This document shows positions 53,834 to 64,000 of a stretch of DNA of 64,000 bases, piece after piece (positions within the stretch are counted from its first letter, which is position 1; the number at the start of each line of letters is the position of its first letter). Both the position numbers and the translations under genes were made by a program. This stretch comes from Octopus bimaculoides (taxonomy: Eukaryota), in contig NC_068985.1 of assembly GCF_001194135.2 (NCBI RefSeq), positions 57,992,376-58,056,375 of the forward strand, written 5' to 3'. The notes beneath the pieces are model-generated. The model was given only the letters and a program-made list of their open reading frames with translations, had not been told where the DNA came from and searched no databases.

Positions 53834-54636
53834 ACATATATATATATATATATATNNNNNNNNNNNNNNNNNNNNNNNNNNNNNNNNNNNNNNNNNNNNN
53901 NNNNNNNNNNNNNNNNNNNNNNNNNNNNNNNNNNNNNNNNNNNNNNNNNNNNNNNNNNNNNNNNNNNNNNNNNNNNNNNNNNNNNNNNNNNNNNNNNNNN
54001 NNNNNNNNNNNNNNNNNNNNNNNNNNNNNNNNNNNNNNNNNNNNNNNNNNNNNNNNNNNNNNNNNNNNNNNNNNNNNNNNNNNNNNNNNNNNNNNNNNNN
54101 NNNNNNNNNNNNNNNNNNNNNNNNNNNNNNNNNNNNNNNNNNNNNNNNNNNNNNNNNNNNNNNNNNNNNNNNNNNNNNNNNNNNNNNNNNNNNNNNNNNN
54201 NNNNNNNNNNNNNNNNNNNNNNNNNNNNNNNNNNNNNNNNNNNNNNNNNNNNNNNNNNNNNNNNNNNNNNNNNNNNNNNNNNNNNNNNNNNNNNNNNNNN
54301 NNNNNNNNNNNNNNNNNNNNNNNNNNNNNNNNNNNNNNNNNNNNNNNNNNNNNNNNNNNNNNNNNNNNNNNNNNNNNNNNNNNNNNNNNNNNNNNNNNNN
54401 NNNNNNNNNNNNNNNNNNNNNNNNNNNNNNNNNNNNNNNNNNNNNNNNNNNNNNNNNNNNNNNNNNNNNNNNNNNNNNNNNNNNNNNNNNNNNNNNNNNN
54501 NNNNNNNNNNNNNNNNNNNNNNNNNNNNNNNNNNNNNNNNNNNNNNNNNNNNNNNNNNNNNNNNNNNNNNNNNNNNNNNNNNNNNNNNNNNNNNNNNNNN
54601 NNNNNNNNNNNNNNNNNNNNNNNNNNNNNNNNNNNG

Positions 54637-54760
54637 AGGCTTTAGTTGGCCCGAGGCTATAGTAGAAGACACTTGCCCAAGGTGCCATGCAGAGGGACTG
54701 AACTCGAAAGCATGTGGTTGGTAAGGAAGCTCTTTACCCCACAGCTACTCCTGCGCCTAT
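54637..54760 (-). mobile_element. Family-1 SINE head (remainder in N gap)
   Basis: GGCCCGAGGCTATAGTAGAAGACACTTGCCCAAGGTGCC...CTCCTGCGCC. Confidence 0.85.
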
Positions 54761-54946
54761 ATGTGTATCTCTCTCTCTCTCTCACTCTCTCTGTGTGTCT
54801 CTCTCTCTTTATACACACACACGCACACACACACACACACACACATACACACACACATATATATATATATATATAATAAATAAATAAATGCGCCCTTTTA
54901 AAGCCTAGCAAGGATTATGGGCCGGTTTCTCGATTACAATGGCATA

Positions 54947-54983
<37 letters not shown>

Positions 54984-55142
54984 ATGCATATACACAAATA
55001 TAAGTTTCAAAAGTTAAACACAATCACAAGGAACGAACGGAAAACTCAAGCACAAGTCGTGAACAGCATCTTTCTACCACCAATATCATCCAAACTAACA
55101 TTAGAATTTCATGCCTTTAGCCATAATAGTGTTCCTTTTTAG

Positions 55143-55213
55143 AGGTGACAACAGCGAGAACTGTAGTGGATATTGAGCGAGCGTTGATGACTGACGAAAA
55201 CATACGAATACAA
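55143..55213 (+). CDS. Candidate exon (E)VTTARTVVDIERALMTDENIRIQ
   Basis: gttcctttttag| ... CAA|gtataa; phase 1 to 0, compatible with the 51163 candidate. Confidence 0.35.
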
Positions 55214-55379
55214 GTATAAATGTAATTATACAAGCAAAATAAAATATATGTTATAGAAACGAAATAACGGCTATGCGAATGAAAAGGAGATGATATGCGC
55301 GAGGCCTTTCATTAAATGACAAGCTTCAAAAGCCCGACAAGGAACAAACGAAAAATTCACACACTATACATGTTCTTAC

Positions 55380-55485
55380 TCTTCTGTCAATTATCGTCCA
55401 AACGGTATTTTTCATTTTTGGTGGCGTCATCTTCGAAATAGCTGGTTGGAATATTGAACGAGCGTTCATTGTATACTCACTCCAT
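55380..55485 (-). CDS. Alternative minus-strand candidate exon (R)WSEYTMNARSIFQPAISKMTPPKMKNTVWTIIDRR
   Basis: tttgtattatag| ... AGA|gtaaga; phase-compatible with a donor CAG|gtaatg at 56217/56216. Competes with the plus-strand model. Confidence 0.2.
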
Positions 55486-57363
55486 CTATAATACAAATGA
55501 TCTTTCACTCTTCGACGTAAGAGATCAACCTGATTGCTAACCACATTTACTAATGGCATATAGATATTTTATTATCCATATAAGGAATGTTTTTACAGGC
55601 ATTTTATATTATTGACCGCAAAGATGAACTAAATTGACCTATTGAATTGCAACTATTGGCAGGGAGTCTATGTCAATAGATAAACAATGCGGTGATATTT
55701 GAAATTGTTATGTAAGTTAAATCGAAGTGTCTTCGCTTTTGCTGTAGACACGAATGCGATATCAATTTCAGAAAAGATACAATTGCTAAAGTTTAATTTT
55801 CATTAATTTATCCGGAGAAAAACATTCTTTCAGTTCCAATGGTTGCAGTGTTTTGTAGCACTTTTAGTCATTCGTGGCCACTTTGCAAATATTATCTGCA
55901 TATAATTATTTGCATATAGTATTACCCTAATACAACAATAACTGTGAAACTATACTTTCACCACCACGAATAATATTAAGATATGTGGCATAGACAGAAT
56001 TATAATAATTTTACTTAAAAAAATTGTCTAGTGCTTCTAAAGAAATGATGAAAGAACACTAATTTAGCAAAGTAAAACATTTATTACAGCAAAATATTAT
56101 TATATAAGACAAATTTCTGATTTGTGCAGCTTCGCCCATAACTCAGACATTTACTCCACTATGCCCTCTTCGTGTGTAATATTTTCTCAACGTGTTGGTG
56201 TCACTTCAATCATTACCTGTCAACAAACGTCGAATGCACACTCGTCCTGCATCTCATATGTTAATTCCCTTCGTATCTCTTCTTTAATGTACTTATTACA
56301 CCTCTCGCAATATAAAGTGTAATTGGATAACCAACCAACCGATCAGATGATAATTATCCGGGCTATTATGGTACAGAGAAAGGTCTTTATAGGCTGTTCA
56401 GAACTAAATTAGCTTGTTTAATTTTCATAAAAGTACATACATTGTCAGAGTAAATTCGTTGATTAATGGAAGTCTATCACAAAAATAAAGAAAGTAGAAA
56501 TATACGGTATTTATTTTGTAAATAGTTTTAAACCAGAATGTATTAAGTTGATGTGTTGTTAAAAACGTAATTTTACGGAAGTCACACACCTGTAAGTATA
56601 TAGTACATATCTGATTGTATTGCTGCATTGTAAAGGTTCCCTAATTACACACACCCACACACAATTTCTCACTCTCTCCCCAACACACACATGCACATGC
56701 GCACACACATATGCACGCGCGCACATACTCACACGCACACACTCACACTTACACACAAAAACACGCTGAGTTATGAGTTTGTATTAAAGTATGTAAGTTT
56801 GTTCGCTTGTGTCTTCGCATATCTATGAACATTAATTTCTTAGCAGGATCAATGCAATTACGAGGCGTCTCTTAGACGTAGGTTCTTGCATATATCTTAT
56901 GCGAGCTATAACTATTTGTTTGAACAGATCAATCAACGAATGAATTCCCTTGTGAGCACTCCGAAAACAGGGCTGTTATCCACCTCGTTAAATTTAGAAG
57001 TTGCTTTAATGGAAACATATTCTCTAATTTCGACTTCTTCACAGGTAATAAACACTCTCTGTTTCCATTACATTAGGGTAAATATATTGACGAGTAAAAT
57101 TAAACCATTTACATTATATATATAAAGTATTTATATTAGCAGTGGTCGTTTAAATATCACTAGATACATATCTCGAACTATTGTGTGTGTAAGTGTTCTC
57201 TGTCTGTCTCTCTTTCTTACTCTCTTTTTTCTGCCTGTTTCTCTCCTTCTATCTCTTCTTCTTCGCGACTGTGTGCGTGCGTGTGTGTATGTTTATAAAC
57301 ACTGACATACATACATATTTACATAAATGTATACATAATATCACGCACACGTATGTATGTATA

Positions 57364-57424
<61 letters not shown>

Positions 57425-57894
57425 NNNNNNNNNNNNNNNNNNNNNNNNNNNNNNNNNNNNNNNNNNNNNNNNNNNNNNNNNNNNNNNNNNNNNNNNNNNN
57501 NNNNNNNNNNNNNNNNNNNNNNNNNNNNNNNNNNNNNNNNNNNNNNNNNNNNNNNNNNNNNNNNNNNNNNNNNNNNNNNNNNNNNNNNNNNNNNNNNNNN
57601 NNNNNNNNNNNNNNNNNNNNNNNNNNNNNNNNNNNNNNNNNNNNNNNNNNNNNNNNNNNNNNNNNNNNNNNNNNNNNNNNNNNNNNNNNNNNNNNNNNNN
57701 NNNNNNNNNNNNNNNNNNNNNNNNNNNNNNNNNNNNNNNNNNNNNNNNNNNNNNNNNNNNNNNNNNNNNNNNNNNNNNNNNNNNNNNNNNNNNNNNNNNN
57801 NNNNNNNNNNNNNNNNNNNNNNNNNNNNNNNNNNNNNNNNNNNNNNNNNNNNNNNNNNNNNNNNNNNNNNNNNNNNNNNNNNNNNNNNNNNNNN

Positions 57895-57960
<66 letters not shown>

Positions 57961-58189
57961 TGTGTGTGCGTGTTTGTGTGTACGTGTGTATTTATGACTG
58001 TATATTTACATATAGAACAAGAATGGCCGTGTTGAAGAAACTAGTTTTTAATGATATGGTTTTGGGTTCAATCCCACTGCACAGCTCGGTGCACTGTTAC
58101 CGATCAATACATTGATACATCAATACATTGTATGTGAATTTGAATCTGGTAGCTGGAAACTATGTAGAATGAATTCCTTTATTCTTTTG

Positions 58190-58290
58190 TGTCAGTCATT
58201 CGATTGCGGCCATGCTGGAGCACCATCGTTAGTTGAAGAAATCTACCTCAGGACTTATTCTTTCCATACCTTATACTTATTCTCTCGGTC
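58190..58290 (-). mobile_element. Family-1 SINE 3' fragment abutting the second mariner
   Basis: TGCGGCCATGCTGGAGCACC...CAGGACTTATT...TACTTATTCTCTCGGTC. Confidence 0.7.
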
Positions 58291-59125
58291 ACTTATCCAA
58301 GACTAGACACGAGCGTCACTCTCAGAAATGTGTAGTAAAGCTTGTACACGAGGATCGTCGGAGGACAATCAACGACATTGCTGATGTTGTGTGTCTGTCG
58401 TATGGGACTGTGTAGGCAATCTGAACGTCTGAATTGAACATGCAGCATGTTTCTGTCAAGTTTCTCCCGCTCCTGCTGACCACTGATCAGAAGGAACATC
58501 GCATCACAGTCTGTCAAGATATTCGTGAGCTTGCCGCTGATGACTCACCCTTCATGTCGAGGATCAACATAGGTGACGGGAGTTGGGTCTACGGGTAGGA
58601 TCCTGTGACGAAGCAGCTGTCGTTACAATGGAAGAGACGCCCATCTCCACAAATGAAAAGTAACGACAGACCCGCAGCCCAATGAACAGAATGCCTATAA
58701 TTGTTTTAGACATATCCTCGATAGTATTCATCGAGCATTCATCTCCCAGGGACAGACCGTCAATCGAGAGTACCATTGCGATGTTTTGAAGTGTTTCAGG
58801 GAGGACAGTCACCGAAAGCGACCGGTTCAGTGGAACGCAAAAGGTTTGGGATCTTCACGGCCTCAATGCACCCTGTCACCGCGTTCTCCTCACTCGTGAG
58901 TTTCTCGACAAAAACAATGTGGTATCGCTACTGCACCCACCCTATTCATCTGATTTAGGACCTGCAGACTTCCATCTCTTCCCCAAGATGAAAGACAGCT
59001 CAAGGGTCACCGTTTCAACACCGTTGTCGAGATCCAGAAAGAATGGTAGGAGGTCATCGATTCGTTGACGGAAATCGACCTCCAGGCTGGATTACAAAAG
59101 TTGCAGGTAAGTTGTGACCGGTGTT
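58290..59125 (+). mobile_element. Second mariner relic (different subfamily, truncated, no TIRs seen)
   Basis: RRTINDIADVV...KFLPLLLTTDQKEHR...IGDGSWVYG*DP...LHGLNAPCH...HPPYSSDLGPADFHLFPKMK; the second catalytic Asp is mutated. Confidence 0.9.
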
Positions 59126-59945
59126 TTGCTGCGCTGTCGATGATGTTTGATAGCACCTCATATTATTGAACGGTTAAGAAGTTTACTTCACAAACAATGA
59201 GGTATTAGGTTCCATTTCACGTTGTGTTTTATTGGGCAAGTGCAATATTCAATAAAGTCGAATTGACCCATAATTTGTAAGTGAAATTGGGTGGGTAGAA
59301 AATGTTTAGAAAACCGTCACATGGTGCGTATTATTCAAAAGAAGAATTATGAAACAATGTGTCACGCTGATTCTGATTGAGAATTAAGTTAAAATTATAT
59401 ACCTTCTGAGGCTTTCAACCGCCTACACAGTCATTCAAAGATCAGGTAATTCAATTCATCGATAGACTGAATCGAAATTGTCAAAACCGACGACATACAT
59501 CTATTTTTGTATGCAAGTATACATGTACGTACGCTTTGCTATATCTTTTATATAACAGAATTATTCTTTGAAAGAAGGATGGTTTGCATGTCTTCAGTTG
59601 TTACAAGTCCAAGTGACACGGAAACAAGAGCTAAAACGGCTCCATCAATATACCCTCATATACTCAGTCAATCTCAGCAGCTATAAAAACATCTCAGAAA
59701 ATCAATTTCGGAATAGAACTACAATAAAATAAGATCAACTCACAGATTCAGCAAAATCAAATATGCATGGAGGTCCCTGAAATGAATAAAATTAAAAGCC
59801 TTGCAAATGGTAGTGATCTACCATGTCAAGGAATATGAATTATCGCAGATAAAGCAGTAGGATACCCTGTTATCTTTATATAATACAACCATGTTGCTTG
59901 AGATATATGCAAGTGTGCATATGTTTATACACATAAACATGCATG

Positions 59946-59979
<34 letters not shown>

Positions 59980-60052
59980 TGCCCATAAGGAACGCACGGA
60001 AAAGTCACACACAAGACGTGGATATGCACCTCCATCATCCGTTATCGCTCTC

Positions 60053-60093
<41 letters not shown>

Positions 60094-60669
60094 TACACAC
60101 ACACACACACGCATATGCATATAACTAAGTATGTATTTATGCTTTTTGCTGAGAAACGTCTTGCATTCGAAGACTGGATGATTGCTTTGACTTAGATTGC
60201 ACGTAAAGTACAGACCCAGCATTCAGTTAGTTATTCAATCTTAAACACATAAAATATCAGTTGATATATGAGACATTCATGACAAATTATAAATATGTTT
60301 AAATCGGAAAATTCCATAGTTAGGTGATAATTTATCAATTGAACATTCCATGCTTTTGTTGTTCTAGCTCGATAAGGGAAGCTGCCTCGAATATGTTCCT
60401 TACCAATTATTTGTAAATCACTCATGGACATATCTAAATTTTTTTCCCTATCATATTCAGAATGAATTGATGTTGTCGTGTGCTTTTTTGCCTATTCAAC
60501 GACAGTGGTAAACGTATTACTACCAGAATTGACCTACGTTTCTGAGTACATAAAATATACCTGTGTGGAATAACACTCTCGCGCGCAGGCACACACGCAC
60601 AAACACACACACACACACACACAGTAACACACATATATTCTGGACCCTTCCTCCTTTATACGACGTATG

Positions 60670-60935
60670 GGGTTTCGGCAATTTCTTTCCGGAGAACGAC
60701 ACAGAGCATTTGTTTATTGTGATCAAATATTTGTGTACACATAAGGTCACTTCCTCAATCAAATCGATGTCACTTGTACAGAGGCACCGCGTACCACGTG
60801 TGAGATGACAAAGTGATCGAAGAGCAACATGAAATGAAGTGCTTTGTTCAAAAACACAACGCAACACCCGGTCTGGGACTCGAACCCACAATATCGCTAT
60901 TAAGAGTGCAACACCGTAAACACAAAGCCATGTGC
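60670..60935 (-). mobile_element. tRNA-derived SINE (family 3)
   Basis: Minus-strand head GGGCACATGGCTTTGTGTTTA...GTGGGTTCGAGTCCC...TGTGTTTTTGAACAAAGCACTT. Confidence 0.7.
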
Positions 60936-61669
60936 CCTTATATATANNNNNNNNNNNNNNNNNNNNNNNNNNNNNNNNNNNNNNNNNNNNNNNNNNNNNN
61001 NNNNNNNNNNNNNNNNNNNNNNNNNNNNNNNNNNNNNNNNNNNNNNNNNNNNNNNNNNNNNNNNNNNNNNNNNNNNNNNNNNNNNNNNNNNNNNNNNNNN
61101 NNNNNNNNNNNNNNNNNNNNNNNNNNNNNNNNNNNNNNNNNNNNNNNNNNNNNNNNNNNNNNNNNNNNNNNNNNNNNNNNNNNNNNNNNNNNNNNNNNNN
61201 NNNNNNNNNNNNNNNNNNNNNNNNNNNNNNNNNNNNNNNNNNNNNNNNNNNNNNNNNNNNNNNNNNNNNNNNNNNNNNNNNNNNNNNNNNNNNNNNNNNN
61301 NNNNNNNNNNNNNNNNNNNNNNNNNNNNNNNNNNNNNNNNNNNNNNNNNNNNNNNNNNNNNNNNNNNNNNNNNNNNNNNNNNNNNNNNNNNNNNNNNNNN
61401 NNNNNNNNNNNNNNNNNNNNNNNNNNNNNNNNNNNNNNNNNNNNNNNNNNNNNNNNNNNNNNNNNNNNNNNNNNNNNNNNNNNNNNNNNNNNNNNNNNNN
61501 NNNNNNNNNNNNNNNNNNNNNNNNNNNNNNNNNNNNNNNNNNNNNNNNNNNNNNNNNNNNNNNNNNNNNNNNNNNNNNNNNNNNNNNNNNNNNNNNNNNN
61601 NNNNNNNNNNNNNNNNNNNNNNNNNNNNNNNNNNNNNNNNNNNNAATCATGCATAATTTCCAAGTTGTA

Positions 61670-62095
61670 TAAAAATATCTCATATCAAGATAAACAGCGC
61701 ATGACCTTGAAGGTGGGGCCCAGTTAGGATTTTTTTTTCGGGTTGAGTAGCCCATGGCACTCAAAAGTCCCTAAATAAGTTTAAGTATGATGAAGAAAAC
61801 GCCCATGTTTCCTGAAGAGATTTATTTAAACCCCAAAGAACTCCTCTCAAAACATGGCTATGATGCTCCCCCACTACTTCTGCTTGTGATCAGAGATGCA
61901 CATATCGTCAGCCACTAATGGACATACTCAACTGGTTAAGGGCAAACAACTAACAAGCAAATCTGTGGTATTAAGCAGAATATTTGCCGTAGCCCATCTT
62001 TTATACCAAGACAAACCAATGTACATGATAACACTTCTAATCAGTTAAAATGAGAAGCCATGAGAGCCAGTGCCTGGTACTGCATCAGGGCATTC
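61670..62095. repeat. About 400 bp dispersed repeat, copy 2
   Basis: Collinear with 6085-6465; ends at (CAC)n. Confidence 0.75.
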
Positions 62096-62213
62096 ACCAC
62101 CACCACCAACACCACCACCAACACCACCACCACCACCACCATCATCATCACCACCACCACCACCACCACCACCACCNNNNNNNNNNNNNNNNNNNNNNNN
62201 NNNNNNNNNNNNN

Positions 62214-62253
<40 letters not shown>

Positions 62254-62269
62254 GTAGTAGTAGTAGTAG

Positions 62270-62479
62270 TAAGGCTGCGAGCTGGCAGAATCATTAGCGC
62301 GCCGGGCGATGTGCTTAGCGGAATTTAGCCCGTCGCTTCGTTCTGAGTTCAAATTCTGCCGAGGTCGACTTTGCTTTTCATCCTTTTGGAGTCAATAAAT
62401 AGTTACCAGTTACCCAGTAGGATCGATGTAATCGACTTAATCCCCTCCACTAAGCTGCCTTTGTGGCAAAAATTTGAAA

Positions 62480-62480
<1 letters not shown>
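62270..62480 (+). mobile_element. Family-2 SINE with (ATT)n tail
   Basis: GGCTGCGAGCTGGCAGAA...GAGTTCAAATTC...GTGGCAAAAATTTGAAATC then (ATT)n. Confidence 0.9.
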
Positions 62481-62514
<34 letters not shown>

Positions 62515-64000
62515 TGCTATTCAATATTTAACTTGTGGAAGTTAACAGCACTGGTTACTTAATTACTGATGATACAAATCTATATAAGAATTAAAGTAAA
62601 AGTTAACTCCATTTACTTGATTGGCATTTCAAATCTTAACTTAATGACTTGTTCAATATTACAGTGATTTAATTTGATAAAACGACAAAGATTTCTCGTC
62701 ACTCATTAAAGTATTCCTGTGCCACAGAAAAATTGCATGGTATTCGAATAATCAACTGAATTTCAATTGTCGCAAACAGTATTAAATGTACTGCAAATCG
62801 TGTCTGTCTCACCGCCGCGATTTTTGTGATCTATGTTGTAAAATGCTTACAAACACTAACGAAAGTTGTAAAAGATTTTTTTTTCTTACATAGATATATA
62901 AAATTAGTGACCATAAAATATGAAATCAATATTTAGTATTGATATGATAATTATTATTCGCTTTGATAAAAATTAATGTTAATTTTGCAATGAAGCTGGT
63001 TTTCTAAATTACACTAATTTAATACAACGTATAATTTATTTTAGTGTTTACTTTTAATATTTTGTTAAAATTATTGGTATTTTAGTTCATCTAACAAATG
63101 ATATGAAGTGTTTTAAGTCAATAAACATACATTATACATATATACAAAACACGCACACACACACACATATATGTATGAGGTAGAGTTTGTGTGTGGGGTA
63201 TGTATATGTACAATACATGCATACATATACATATATGTGTGTGTATGTGAATGTACGTATGAGAATTAGCATTCAAAGTCTAACGTTTGTGTATAGAATA
63301 TTATAATTCACACAACCGTTATATTTGTAACTAATTAGCATTCAACGGTTAATCAGCTAATGTTAACTGTGGTAATAACGTCTTATTTTAATATATAAAC
63401 AAATTCCTTGGAGTATATTCTTTCATAAATGTATTGAAGGACACTTTTCTGAGTTATGTAGGAGATGTAATTCTTACCAGCTACAGTGAAAATCAACAAG
63501 TGAATTCTGAGTTTCATCCAGCATATGTTTTTATTAATATAGCAACGTCAGTAGTTCTGATTGTGTCTCTGATATCATGGTTTCTAATTTAGACAGAGTG
63601 CTAGAAGTCTTCATGAAGCAGTGTTAGTCGAGTTCATCATCTCCAGTTCTTGGGTGGCACATTAATTTATTGACACTTTGTTGATGAAAGGCAATTTAAC
63701 TTCAGTGGAATATGAACTCAGAATGTAAAGATCCAGAATTAGAACCGCAATGTATTTTCTGACGCTCTAAACATTGTATCAGATCGCCATGTTAATGCAT
63801 CAGAAAAAAAAAATAGAAGCAGTATAATGGTATTTTTGATTTTTTTTCATTCGTCATTAATGTTTTAAAATTAAATTCATTGCGTCTCGTCATTAAATTT
63901 TGTAATTGAAGGAAGTTAACATTAGTCTTAGTAATGTGCATTTCCTGAAAGAGAAAGAGAAAGATAGAGATGAACAGACAGACACAAACAAACAGACAAA

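Overview
AT-rich eukaryotic (animal) DNA from a gapped short-read scaffold. It is dense in (AT)n, (AC)n, (AG)n, (AGAT)n, (TAA)n and (CAT)n microsatellites, and most N gaps abut (AT)n tracts. The microsatellite load and tRNA-derived SINE types suggest a coleoid cephalopod, probably Octopus (inference from recall, not a search). No intact long CDS is present. Most of the window is decayed transposons: a Helitron family (a Rep-bearing deletion derivative plus non-autonomous copies with internal tandem/inverted repeats), two mariner relics and a mariner MITE, a head-to-tail pile-up of R4/Dong-type restriction-like-endonuclease retrotransposons separated by (TAA)n, RTE and Tx1/L1 reverse-transcriptase fragments, and many SINEs. 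Best second-look items: a complete type I hammerhead ribozyme motif at 20088-20167; a Helitron > mariner > SINE triple nest at 9.05-12.6 kb; the R4/Dong cluster at 41.8-48.3 kb with a long inverted duplication; and a low-confidence, phase-consistent plus-strand chain of small exons (23.1-55.2 kb) that includes a possible recursive splice site at 38902/38903.
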